In this document: positions 47,989 through 58,684 of the stretch, piece after piece
How the letters are laid out: each line of letters opens with the position of its first letter
Numbering within the stretch: position 1 is the stretch's first letter
Source: an uncultured Polyangiaceae bacterium
GTDB taxonomy: Bacteria; Myxococcota_A; Polyangia; Polyangiales; Polyangiaceae
Assembly (NCBI GenBank): GCA_964396375.1
Contig: CAYNEY010000018.1
Span: 38,979-102,978 of the forward strand
Length of the DNA: 64,000 bases
Direction of reading: 5' to 3'
Notes under the pieces: generated by a model
What the model was told of the DNA's origin: nothing
The model's input: the letters and a program-made list of their open reading frames with translations, nothing else
The model's database searches: none
Position numbers and translations under genes: made by a program

Positions 47989-49017
47989 TCAGCTCCCCCG
48001 GGACTTGTAGTGCTCGAGTGGTACCGCGCGCAGCTCAGCCGCGGTGACCTCCGGAGCGGTGTCGCTGATGAAGTTGCCCCCACCGATCTCCGGACCCGCC
48101 AGGAACTTCAGCAGGTTGGGCTTCCTGAGCGGCGGATGGAGCTCGATGTGGAAGTGGAAGAAGTCGTGCGGTCCTTGATTGGTGGGCGCCTGGTGCAGGG
48201 CCATCACGTAGGGGAAAGGCATCTTCCAGAGGTTGTCGAAACGGATCAGCGTGGAGCGCAGCACCTCGGCGAGATCCACCAGCTCCTGGTCGGGCAGCGC
48301 GGCCAAGCTGGGATAGCTGCGCCGTGGCGCAACAAAGGTCTCGTAGGAGTAGCGGGCGAAGAAAGGCACGAAGGAGACCGCGGAGGCGTTCTGATCCAGG
48401 ATGCGTGTGGATGCCTCGTACTCCGCCGCAAGGACGTCCGCGAACAGAATGCGACCGGTCTGCTCGAAGTGCCGTCGCGCGGCGGCCACCTCGGTCTCGA
48501 TGGTCTTCATCACGAAATTGGTGGCGTAGATCTGGCAGTGGGGGTGCGGATTCGACACGCCGACCACCTCACCGTTGTTCTCGAACACCAGCACGTGCTT
48601 GATTTCGGGATCGCGGGCCAACATGCGGTACTCGTCCTGCCAAGCGCGGAGCAGAACCACCACACTCTCGAGCGGGAGTTCGGCCAGCCTCTGGTCGTGA
48701 CGTGGGTGGTAGCAGAGGACGCGGGCACGGCCGTACGCCGGACGCACCCGAAAGAGCCCCTCCTCGGCGGCGTTCGAAGGAGCGTGACTCCCAACGCAGG
48801 GATGATCGTTGTCGAAGGCGAAAACCCCGGAATAATCCGGGTTCTCGGCTCCGCTCACCCGACGGTTGCCCGGGCAGAGATAGCAGTCGGCGCTGTACCT
48901 CGGCTTCGGCAGGTCGCCGATCGACTCTGCCTGACCGGACCAGGGCCGCCCCTGTCGGTGCGCCGCCACCACCACCCATTCCTCACGCAGCGGGTGCCAG
49001 CGTTCTTCCCAAACCAT
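47989..49017 (-). CDS. second GalT-family hexose-1-phosphate uridylyltransferase paralogue
   Basis: [30 protein letters not shown], and active site [10 protein letters not shown]. Clearly more divergent than the galT at 44495. Confidence 0.85.
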   Translation of the reverse strand: MVWEERWHPLREEWVVVAAHRQGRPWSGQAESIGDLPKPRYSADCYLCPGNRRVSGAENPDYSGVFAFDNDHPCVGSHAPSNAAEEGLFRVRPAYGRARVLCYHPRHDQRLAELPLESVVVLLRAWQDEYRMLARDPEIKHVLVFENNGEVVGVSNPHPHCQIYATNFVMKTIETEVAAARRHFEQTGRILFADVLAAEYEASTRILDQNASAVSFVPFFARYSYETFVAPRRSYPSLAALPDQELVDLAEVLRSTLIRFDNLWKMPFPYVMALHQAPTNQGPHDFFHFHIELHPPLRKPNLLKFLAGPEIGGGNFISDTAPEVTAAELRAVPLEHYKSRGS

Positions 49018-49074
49018 GTTGCTTGCTCCCTGTCTCGGGCGCTCGACGGCCCCACTTCGGTCAGACGCACGAAC

Positions 49075-49123
49075 AGCCGGGAATCCTGGACGAAGGGCTC
49101 CCGGCTGTCACGATTTTTCTCGG
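49075..49123. terminator. 10-bp perfect hairpin downstream of the CBM-like lipoprotein gene
   Basis: ACAGCCGGGA-(16 nt)-TCCCGGCTGT. The T-run (cacgaTTTTTct) lies on the plus-strand side, while the minus-strand side continues ttcgtgcgtct. Confidence 0.4.
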
Positions 49124-49134
49124 CGTGTTGGCGC

Positions 49135-50052
49135 TCAGGGAACCAAGCGGATGTCGTCGATGGTGATGTCGACCGGATAGGGAGGATAGGAGTCGTCCGA
49201 GGTCCACTCCCAGTGCAGCATCCACTGGATGCCGGTTATCTCGCTCACAACCGGGGTCACGCTCGGTGCCCCATCGATCATGTCGGCGAAGCTGACCGTC
49301 ACCTCGGTCGGGGTGCCTCCCACCGTGTCCAGGACGAGCGTGGAGGCCGCGCAGTTTTCTGCGGTGCAGGTGGCGCTGTTGGTGATGCAGGTCGGATTGG
49401 CCGCATCGGCGCTCGGCGCGCTGTTCGAGGCGGAGTTGATGGACATGGTGAGGGGTCCGGGCAGTGTCTCCGCCGACGAGATGGTAAAGGCGATCCCGGA
49501 ATATCCGGTCAGATCGAGCACGCTGCAGGGCCCAAACCAGAGACCGAAGCCCGACCAGGTGCCAGCGGTACCGGTGATGTGCCAGTTGCCACCGGTAACA
49601 TCAGTGGTGAGCGGATAGGCGGGCTGCGTGTCCAGACAGGCATCAAGAGCCGGATAGACATAGGTGCCGCCATAGAGGTTGTTCCACTGCGTCTCGGGAT
49701 TGGAATCGGAGAGGAAGACCCCGCCCTCCGCGATGCCCGAGAAATCGGTGACGTCGGCACCGATCGGCACGGTCGGTGTGCAGCTGGTGGGCGCTTCGCC
49801 CTGACACGGCGCACAGGGATCCGCCGTGGACCCCCCCTGCCCGGTCGCGGTCGCCCCCGAGTCGCCATTGCCACCGGCACCATCCGTCGAGGTGCTGCCT
49901 CCTGCATCGGTGGCGGGCGCGCCGCCCGCAGCATCATCACCGTCATCGGAGTTGGAACTGCATCCAAGCCACAGAGTCGCAGCCAACAGCCCCGCGAGCG
50001 TGGCCAGCGGTGCGGCGAAAAGGAAACTAGTTTTGTGGGAGCGGATCGACAT
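49135..50052 (-). CDS. lipoprotein with a carbohydrate-binding-module-like beta-sandwich domain
   Basis: Lipobox ATLWLGCSS, then an Asp/Gly/Ser/Thr-rich linker. The later domain has CBM-like features (GGNWHITGTAGTWSGFGLWF, LTGYSGIAFTI, ITGIQWMLHWEW...ITIDDIRLVP). A good GGAGG RBS is present. Confidence 0.7.
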   Translation of the reverse strand: MSIRSHKTSFLFAAPLATLAGLLAATLWLGCSSNSDDGDDAAGGAPATDAGGSTSTDGAGGNGDSGATATGQGGSTADPCAPCQGEAPTSCTPTVPIGADVTDFSGIAEGGVFLSDSNPETQWNNLYGGTYVYPALDACLDTQPAYPLTTDVTGGNWHITGTAGTWSGFGLWFGPCSVLDLTGYSGIAFTISSAETLPGPLTMSINSASNSAPSADAANPTCITNSATCTAENCAASTLVLDTVGGTPTEVTVSFADMIDGAPSVTPVVSEITGIQWMLHWEWTSDDSYPPYPVDITIDDIRLVP

Positions 50053-50211
50053 GAAGAGGCCTCCTCGAGCGGTTCGCGGTGCGAGCCGCGCGCCGGAAGA
50101 CTACCCGCCAATCGGGGGAGCGACAACATTCTGCCCGGGCCAGGCAAGATTTGAGAACTGTGGAAACCTGGTCAGGTCAGCTGGAAATCTGCTGATTTTG
50201 CCAAGAAATCC

Positions 50212-51096
50212 TTAGCTATCCCACTCCGCACGGATCCGCAGCCCGAGCTCTGGTACCCAATCCCAATCCTCTCTCAGCTGCCCGAGATCTACGAAATCCC
50301 GGAACTCTTCCTTGGGACAGCGCAGCGGCACATGGGCAAAGTACCGCTCGCGGAGGAGAGTAGCCGTCATACCCTCGATCTCCATCGACCGCGCCGGAAA
50401 GAGCTGATGGTACCCAGGCCGGGAGCGCTCCACCACCCGGACCACGAGGGAGGCTGCGTCGGGCAACCGCAGGTACGTCAGGCATTCGCCGAAATTGAGC
50501 CAGCCGGGAAGCCTCTGCACCTGGCTCAGCAAGTGACTGACCCAACCCTCCCTCGGCAACATCGGAAAGCGGATCGCGGTAATGCTGGCCGAAGGGTGTT
50601 CTTCGGCCAGTGCCTCCAGGGTGCGCTCGGCAAACTCCTTGCTAAGCGCGTACGGATTGGTCCCGGGGTTCCGCGGTGCCGCCCCATCCAGGGGCAGATA
50701 GGGCAACTGGAAGGGTGGCTCACGGCGTTGCCCGTTGTAGCGCAACATCACCTGGACCGAACTCGAGAAAACCAGTCTTTCCACCCCAAGGTGCATGCTG
50801 GCGAAGAAGACGTTCGTATTCATCGCCACGTTGTCCGACAACAACTGCTGTGGCGACGGCCCCGCATGGATATTGGGGTGATTGGCGAGGTGAACGACCG
50901 CATTGCATCCCTCGACCAGTCGATACACGAAGCCCTCGTCGAGCAGGTCGCCCACCACCAATCGCGTGGGGAATCCCGAAACGAAGCGGCGATCGGTGGC
51001 AACAACGGTGGCTCCGCGCTCGAGAAAGGCCTCGGTAACAGCGTGGCCGAGGTGCCCGGTGGCACCGGTGATGAGTATGGTGGGCTTCGAAGACAT
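50212..51096 (-). CDS. NAD-dependent epimerase/dehydratase (extended SDR)
   Basis: The ATG at 51096 gives MSSKPTILITGATGHLGHAV. The catalytic YALSK motif is present. Confidence 0.85.
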   Translation of the reverse strand: MSSKPTILITGATGHLGHAVTEAFLERGATVVATDRRFVSGFPTRLVVGDLLDEGFVYRLVEGCNAVVHLANHPNIHAGPSPQQLLSDNVAMNTNVFFASMHLGVERLVFSSSVQVMLRYNGQRREPPFQLPYLPLDGAAPRNPGTNPYALSKEFAERTLEALAEEHPSASITAIRFPMLPREGWVSHLLSQVQRLPGWLNFGECLTYLRLPDAASLVVRVVERSRPGYHQLFPARSMEIEGMTATLLRERYFAHVPLRCPKEEFRDFVDLGQLREDWDWVPELGLRIRAEWDS

Positions 51097-51284
51097 GTCG
51101 ATCCTGGGTTCTACCCAGCCAAGCATACCCGAGCGGGGACACAACGACAGCGCCCCTGCGCTCGGTCAAGGTCGGCTTTTCGTTCGGCCGCGAGGGACCA
51201 TCAAGGGAATATCGAGTTCTGCAACGCGCACCAGGATCTTTTCGCTATCCTTCCCGCCGACTCGTACCCGATTGAGGAGAACCT

Positions 51285-53633
51285 ATGCGTTTCGGTGATG
51301 GCGCTTGGCGCATGTTAGACGACGTAACCCCCACCTATTTGGTCCGCGTCGATGCGGTGGAAGAGGAGCCGCGAGCCTTGGTGCTCCACGTGAGCAACCG
51401 CTTCGAGGAGGCGCGCTGGGCCACACTCGAGGGGCACATGTTCACGGTACGCATCACCTCTCCGATGTGTGATGTGTTTCGAATCGAGATTTCACACCAC
51501 CTGGGCCGCAGACGCACGGGCCCCCAGTTTCGACTGGAGACGACTCCTCAACCGCTCACCATCACCCAACGAGACGATTCGCTGGAGCTGGTCTCTGGAA
51601 GAACTCGTCTGATCGTGGATCGTAAGCCGTATCGGTTGCGCTTCGTCGACGCCAAGACCGGCGAGAAGATCACCGAGAGCGCACCCAAGGCGGCTGGCTT
51701 GATGGAGAAATCGGGACACGGACACTTCGTGCGTGATCAGCTCACCATGGGGATAGGCGAGCTGATCTATGGCCTGGGTGAACGCTTCGCCGCGCTGTGC
51801 CGCAATGGTCAGGCCGTGGACATGTGGAACTCGGACTGTGGCACTTGCTCGGACAAGGGCTACAAGGACGTTCCCTTCTTCCTCTCCAGCCGCGGGTACG
51901 GCGTACTGGTCAACTCCTCGGGGCGGGTCTCCTTCGAGATCGGCACGGAACAGGTCACACGCAGCCAATTCGCGGTCCCCGGGGAGGAGTTGGATTACCT
52001 CTTCATCTACGGCCCCGAGCCCAAGCGTGTGCTCTCGACGCTGGGGGCGCTCTCGGGGCGGCCTGCCATGCCGCCAGCCTGGTCGTTTGGACTCTGGCTC
52101 ACCACCTCATTTACGACCGACTACGACGAGCCCACGGTGATGAGCTTCCTTGACGGGATGCGGGAACGCGAGCTTCCGTTGCATGTCTTTCACTTCGACT
52201 GCTTCTGGATGAAGGGACACCACTGGTGCAACTTCGAGTGGGATCCGGATGTCTTCCCCGATCCGGAGGCGATGCTGAGTCGCCTCCACCAGAGAAAGAT
52301 CCGCGTTTGCGTGTGGATCAACCCCTACATCGGTGAGCGCTCCCACCTGTTCGCTGAGGGACGAGACCACGGTTACCTCCTCATGCAACCAAACGGCAAT
52401 GTGTACCAGCGCGATCGTTGGCAGGCTGGAATGGCCTACGTTGATTTCACGAATCCGGACGCCACCCGTTGGTTCCAGGAGAAGCTGCGAAAGCTCCTCC
52501 GCATGGGGGTGGATTGCTTCAAGACCGACTTCGGCGAAGAAATCCCCACTGATGTGGTGTACTCGGACGGTTCAGACCCTGAGCGCATGCACAACTACTA
52601 CACCTACCTCTACAACAAGGCGGTCTTCGACCTCTTGCTGGAGGAGCGCGGCTCAGGGGAGGCGTTGGTATTCGCGCGCTCGGCCACTGCGACATGCCAA
52701 ATGTTCCCGGTTCACTGGGGTGGGGATTGCTACGGAACCTACGAGTCGATGGCCGAGAGCCTTCGCGGGGGGCTCTCCCTCACCATGAGCGGGTTTGCCT
52801 TCTGGAGCCATGACATCGGTGGTTTCGAGAGCAAGGCGTCACCCGGTGTCTACAAGCGCTGGGTGGCCTTCGGGCTCTTGTCATCGCACAGCCGCTTGCA
52901 CGGGAGCACCTCCTACCGCGTGCCATGGCTCTACGACGATGAGGCGGTGGAGGTGCTTCGGAAGTTCACCCAGCTCAAGTGTCGATTGATGCCGTATTTG
53001 ATGCGCGTCGCGCGCGAGGGTCACGAGACCAACGTGCCGATGATGCGCGCCATGTGGCTGGAGTTCCCAGAGGATCTGGCTTGCCGAAGCCTCGACCGTC
53101 AGTACATGCTCGGCCCTGACCTCCTGGTGGCCCCGGTCTTCGACGATCGCCGCGCCGAGTACTTTCTGCCCGAGGGCACCTGGGTTCACCTTTTGTCTGG
53201 CGAGACCCGATGCGGTGGACACTTCGTCAAGGAGGAACTGGACTTCTTCAGCCTGCCGCTGTTCATCCGCGAAGGCGGCGTGATCGCCATGGGTTCGAAC
53301 CTGGCTGAGGTCGACTACCCCTATGCGTCGCAGGTGCGCCTGGTGTTCGGCGCACGCCTCCCCATCGCCAAGCAGCAGGTCGTGATCATGGACGCGCGAG
53401 GTCAGGTGGCCGCCCGCTTCGAGGTGATCGATGATGACGGGACGCTGGTGATTCAGAGTCTGGAGGCACGGTCGGACTTCGAGCTACACCTCCCGGCGAT
53501 CCCCAATCTGCGGGAGCTCGAAGGCGGCGAGCTAGCAGTCGCCGATCTGGGCGCGCCAGGCGTGTTGATCCGCGCGACGGCGCCCGAGGTGCGGCTGAGG
53601 TGGCGCGACGGCGCGAGACCGGCCTCCTTCTGA
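51285..53633 (+). CDS. yicI: GH31 alpha-xylosidase (YicI-like)
   Basis: Long collinear identity with my recollection of E. coli YicI: GLGERFAAL, RPAMPPAWSFGLWLTTSFTTDYDE, LPLHVFHFDCFWMK, CVWINPYI, GVDCFKTDFGEEIPTDV, FPVHWGGDC, YESMAESLRGGLSL, FWSHDIGGFE, YKRWVAFGLLSSHSRLHGS.SYRVPW. Confidence 0.9.
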   Translation: MRFGDGAWRMLDDVTPTYLVRVDAVEEEPRALVLHVSNRFEEARWATLEGHMFTVRITSPMCDVFRIEISHHLGRRRTGPQFRLETTPQPLTITQRDDSLELVSGRTRLIVDRKPYRLRFVDAKTGEKITESAPKAAGLMEKSGHGHFVRDQLTMGIGELIYGLGERFAALCRNGQAVDMWNSDCGTCSDKGYKDVPFFLSSRGYGVLVNSSGRVSFEIGTEQVTRSQFAVPGEELDYLFIYGPEPKRVLSTLGALSGRPAMPPAWSFGLWLTTSFTTDYDEPTVMSFLDGMRERELPLHVFHFDCFWMKGHHWCNFEWDPDVFPDPEAMLSRLHQRKIRVCVWINPYIGERSHLFAEGRDHGYLLMQPNGNVYQRDRWQAGMAYVDFTNPDATRWFQEKLRKLLRMGVDCFKTDFGEEIPTDVVYSDGSDPERMHNYYTYLYNKAVFDLLLEERGSGEALVFARSATATCQMFPVHWGGDCYGTYESMAESLRGGLSLTMSGFAFWSHDIGGFESKASPGVYKRWVAFGLLSSHSRLHGSTSYRVPWLYDDEAVEVLRKFTQLKCRLMPYLMRVAREGHETNVPMMRAMWLEFPEDLACRSLDRQYMLGPDLLVAPVFDDRRAEYFLPEGTWVHLLSGETRCGGHFVKEELDFFSLPLFIREGGVIAMGSNLAEVDYPYASQVRLVFGARLPIAKQQVVIMDARGQVAARFEVIDDDGTLVIQSLEARSDFELHLPAIPNLRELEGGELAVADLGAPGVLIRATAPEVRLRWRDGARPASF

Positions 53634-53742
53634 ACGGAAGCTCCCCCATCTCCGCAGGAAATTGGCTCTGGTTGGCCTCGAGAGGCCGCCTGCGCCAAAG
53701 ACGCTCGACCTCTTCCATGCCTTGGGCTATCCCGGTCGCCTG

Positions 53743-55110
53743 ATGAAAACGACCCTCGTCGGTGCCCTAGGACTTGGACGCGCTCGTCTCTTTGGTGCGC
53801 TCCTCTCGTGTCTCGTGCCACTGGCCTGTGGAGGTGGCGCGCAGCAAGCTGAGGCGAACTGGCCCGTGAACTCGAAGAAGTGGTACGATCGCGCGGCACA
53901 GAGCCTCATGGTGGGCGACGTCGACGACGCCGAATTGGCGGTGGTACAAGCCGAGAGGGTCGATCCGATCCCCACCCGCCCCGAGATTCGGCTGCTCGCT
54001 GCTAAGGTGGCGTTGGCCCGCCTCGACTTCGAGGCCGCCATCAAGCACACCGAAGGCCTTACTTCATCGGAAGCGCTGAGCACCCGCGGGCGAGCCCTGT
54101 GGTACGCGGATCGCATCTCGGAAGCGGCCGATGTCCTGGAGAAACTGGTGGCCAATCCGGAGGTACGCGACCCATGGGCGGTTGACATCGCCAAGCTGGC
54201 GCGACGCGGGATTGGACGACAACCGTTCACGGTGAGCGGCGGCCTCTTGGCGGTCTCGGAGATGCCGCGGGTTGGGCGCTCTCTGCTTGTCCCGGTCGAG
54301 TTGGACGGGGAACCAGCCCTGGCCATGATCGCGACTGGTGTAAGCGAGACAGTGGTTGACTCGAGTAGTAGCGCCGAACCCAAGTGGGTCAGCCTGCGTT
54401 TCGGTGAGCGAGTGGTGGTGAAGGATGTCCCCGCTCTCACCAAGGATCTCTCGAGCTACTCTCGGCAGCTCAATGCACCACTCAAGGTTCTGCTTGGCAT
54501 CAATCTGCTACGGCGACTCAACCCGACCTTCGATCTCTTGGGTGGGCAGTTCGTAGTGCGCACCTTCGAGCCGCCTCAGGCGGTGGGCGCAACCGTGGTG
54601 CCCGTCAACTACATCCGAGGCGGTGGGATGTTGGTGCGCGTCGCGCTCGGCACTCAGACCAAGAAGACACTCGGGTCGGCGTTGGTCGACACCGCGATGG
54701 ACTTCCCGCTTGCGCTCGACGAGGCCGGGTGGAACAAAGCGGGCAAGCGCACCTCCACGCTGACGGCGCTTCCGGGAGCGAAGGGGATGTCTCACGGCAC
54801 CGTCCCCATGATCGCCCTCGGCGCCCTCGAGATCCCCGAGGTGCCAGCCATCTTCGGTGCACCGATCGCCGAAATCGAGAAGCCACTTGGTATCGATCTC
54901 GACGGCATCATTGGCTCGGGCTTCCTCGCGCCGTTCCGGGTAACACTGATCGACCGCGGACGGACGGCGCTTCTAGAGCCGGCGCCCATGGCTGAGAACA
55001 TGGCTGGACCAGCGCCCGCTCCCAGCGAGAGCACGGAGACTTCCCCCTCGGCTCCACCTCCGAATCCGGCGCCTTCGGTCCCGACCCCCGCAGCCAACGC
55101 CCCGCGCTGA
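53743..55110 (+). CDS. lipoprotein with a TPR-like N-terminus and two retropepsin-like (clan AA) lobes
   Basis: The ATG at 53743 gives MKTTLVGAL...SCLVPLACGG with a lipobox. The first lobe has LLVPVELDGEPALAMIATGVSETVVD, with ATG in place of DTG. The second lobe has ALVDTAMDFPLAL. The tail is Pro/Ala-rich. Confidence 0.6.
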   Translation: MKTTLVGALGLGRARLFGALLSCLVPLACGGGAQQAEANWPVNSKKWYDRAAQSLMVGDVDDAELAVVQAERVDPIPTRPEIRLLAAKVALARLDFEAAIKHTEGLTSSEALSTRGRALWYADRISEAADVLEKLVANPEVRDPWAVDIAKLARRGIGRQPFTVSGGLLAVSEMPRVGRSLLVPVELDGEPALAMIATGVSETVVDSSSSAEPKWVSLRFGERVVVKDVPALTKDLSSYSRQLNAPLKVLLGINLLRRLNPTFDLLGGQFVVRTFEPPQAVGATVVPVNYIRGGGMLVRVALGTQTKKTLGSALVDTAMDFPLALDEAGWNKAGKRTSTLTALPGAKGMSHGTVPMIALGALEIPEVPAIFGAPIAEIEKPLGIDLDGIIGSGFLAPFRVTLIDRGRTALLEPAPMAENMAGPAPAPSESTETSPSAPPPNPAPSVPTPAANAPR

Positions 55111-55230
55111 GCACTGGGAGGCTGGTGCAGAGCTGAGCGGACCACTGTGCTCCACCCGGATGCCGCGCTGCGCCATCGGGTTTGGGGTGGCCGGCGGCTC
55201 TCGCTCATGGCAGAGCGTCTTTCAATCCGC

Positions 55231-55737
55231 ATGCCGGACAACCAGATAGCCGTCTACGCTGGCAGCTTCGATCCTCCCACCTATGGCCATCTCGACCTGG
55301 TCGATCGGGTCTCGAGGCTTTTTCGTCGCGTGGTGGTCGCGGTTGGGGTGAACCCACTGCGTACTCCGCTGTTCGGTGTGGAGGACCGCCTCACCTTGCT
55401 CCGCACCATTTGCGAGCCCTACTCCAATGTGGAGGCCGTCTCCTTCGAGGGGCTGCTCGTCAACTTCGCGCGAAGCATCGATGCCCGAGTAATCGTGCGG
55501 GGGCTCCGGGCCGGTTCGGACTTCGAATACGAGCTGCAGATGGCACACTCAAACTCTGATCTGGCGCCGGAGCTCGACACGGCCTTCCTTCCGACCCGGA
55601 CCAATTATGGGTTTATCTCCGCCTCGCTCGTGCGGGAGATTGCGCGCCACGGTGGGGACATCGACCGCTATGCACCGCCCTGTGTCTGTGAGGCATTACG
55701 CAAGAAATTCGGCACCAGCTCGACGTCAGGGGCCTAA
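55231..55737 (+). CDS. coaD: phosphopantetheine adenylyltransferase
   Basis: IAVYAGSFDPPTYGHLDLV (the T/HxGH motif), RGLRAGSDFEYE and ISASLVREI. An internal ATG is preferred to the longer track ORF. Confidence 0.9.
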   Translation: MPDNQIAVYAGSFDPPTYGHLDLVDRVSRLFRRVVVAVGVNPLRTPLFGVEDRLTLLRTICEPYSNVEAVSFEGLLVNFARSIDARVIVRGLRAGSDFEYELQMAHSNSDLAPELDTAFLPTRTNYGFISASLVREIARHGGDIDRYAPPCVCEALRKKFGTSSTSGA

Positions 55738-56366
55738 CTCTGCATTCGACCGCGACGGGTCGGCCACACCCCGCAGCCGACGAGGGCCTGACCGAGCGCC
55801 TCACTGCCGGTCACGAGCCATCGCTCATAGAGATCGAGTACCGCCCGGTGAGAGCGGACAGCGCTCGCGCTGACACCCTCAGCAACCTCACGAAGCAACC
55901 GCACGAATACACCGAAACGCCCGGCCAGTTCGTAGAACACTCCACCAGCGGCCGGAACCAGCTGTGCCGCGCCACGATAGGCCTGAGCCCCCAGCTCTTC
56001 CAGATAGGCCACCGAGTGTCCCCGCTCGGCCAGATGCTCACCAAAGAACCCGGTTGTGTAAAGAACCCCGTCACCGATCTGTCGCAGCCGCTCGAAGCGA
56101 TCACGGCCGCTACGCTCGAGTGCCTCGGCAAGGAGCAGCGTCAGAGGCTGCCCCCCTGTCACCGCTGTCAGATCCTGTTCTGAGGCCAGGAGGGAAGCCA
56201 GGTAGAGTTCGGCCTCCTGGCTTGTCTCGAGTTCATGCCTGGCCCGGGCAGCAGCCACAGCCTCTCGGAAGAAGCTCTCCAGATTGTCGACCAGGGCGAT
56301 GGTGGGTGGTTCGGAGGGAGACCCGAGGTGCATGGTAACTCTCCTTTCAACCGGATCTACATGCAC
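55734..56366 (-). CDS. hypothetical protein (helical)
   Basis: 210-aa ORF with good GC3 bias, divergent from groES. I recognise no motif. The start may be the internal Met at 56333. Confidence 0.5.
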   Translation of the reverse strand: MHVDPVERRVTMHLGSPSEPPTIALVDNLESFFREAVAAARARHELETSQEAELYLASLLASEQDLTAVTGGQPLTLLLAEALERSGRDRFERLRQIGDGVLYTTGFFGEHLAERGHSVAYLEELGAQAYRGAAQLVPAAGGVFYELAGRFGVFVRLLREVAEGVSASAVRSHRAVLDLYERWLVTGSEALGQALVGCGVWPTRRGRMQS

Positions 56367-56520
56367 TTAGCATACCGTAGGCGTGGCGCCGGCGGGTGCT
56401 TCACAACCAGACCGATGCAGCTGACCAGACACCACCGATTCTCTTGCGGTCCGCTCACCAAGAAGGCGAGGCAGGGGGGTTGACAGGGCTTGAGGGCGTA
56501 GCCAAGTTGGCGCCGTCGCG

Positions 56521-56547
56521 TCAGCACTCACCGCATGAGAGTGCTAC
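56521..56547. promoter_or_regulatory. CIRCE operator (HrcA binding site) upstream of groES
   Basis: TCAGCACTC-accgcatga-GAGTGCTAC matches the consensus TTAGCACTC-N9-GAGTGCTAA with one mismatch per arm. It lies 114 nt upstream of the groES ATG. A TTGACA -35-like hexamer is at 56480..56485. Confidence 0.85.
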
Positions 56548-56660
56548 CAGACGCTGGATAACTGAGCAATTTCAATGTCCTGCGTCCCCGTTTGGAGAAA
56601 CGGCCGAAAGGCCGCGCGGAGCGACGAAGGCAAGCTCGTGATGATGGAGGACACTCGACC

Positions 56661-56951
56661 ATGAAGATTCGACCCCTGCAGGACCGCGTGATCGTCAAGC
56701 GCGTGAAGGAAGAAGAGAAGACCAAGGGCGGGATCATTATCCCGGACACCGCGAAGGAGAAGCCCATCGAGGGTGAGGTCGTCGCGGTTGGCAATGGCAA
56801 GGTTCTCGAAAACGGGACCGTGCGCGCCCTCGAGGTGAAGGCGGGTGACCGCGTGCTGTTCGGCAAGTACAGCGGCACCGAGGTCAAGATCGACGGCGAA
56901 GAAAACCTGATCCTGCGCGAGGACGACATCCTCGGCGTCATCGAGAAGTAA
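56661..56951 (+). CDS. groES: co-chaperonin GroES
   Basis: [35 protein letters not shown]...[16 protein letters not shown] is a canonical Cpn10. Confidence 0.97.
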   Translation: MKIRPLQDRVIVKRVKEEEKTKGGIIIPDTAKEKPIEGEVVAVGNGKVLENGTVRALEVKAGDRVLFGKYSGTEVKIDGEENLILREDDILGVIEK

Positions 56952-58592
<1,641 letters not shown>

Positions 58593-58627
58593 TCCAGATT
58601 AGCCAAAGACCGAACCTTGGCTTCGCT

Positions 58628-58675
58628 CCGTGGGCAGGGGATCCGATTGGATCGTCTGCCCACGGTCCTTTTTGT
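58628..58675 (+). terminator. rho-independent terminator of groESL
   Basis: CCGTGGGCAG-(18 nt with an inner ggatc/gatcc pairing)-CTGCCCACGG is followed by TCCTTTTTGT. It begins 36 nt after the groEL stop. Confidence 0.8.
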
Positions 58676-58684
58676 CGCCTCGGC

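Noticed and set aside
49075-49123. Plus-strand terminator implying a plus-strand gene antisense to the sugar module
   Set aside because: The T-run is on the plus side, but the only plus-strand frame there is the rejected 923-aa shadow ORF. It is kept only as a low-confidence hairpin or terminator for the minus-strand lipoprotein gene.
47383-50154. 923-aa plus-strand ORF, the second longest in the window
   Set aside because: It runs antisense through three well-supported minus-strand genes (the GHMP kinase, the GalT-like gene and the CBM lipoprotein) and two spacers. The translation is Arg/Gly-rich with no domain signature. It is not coding.
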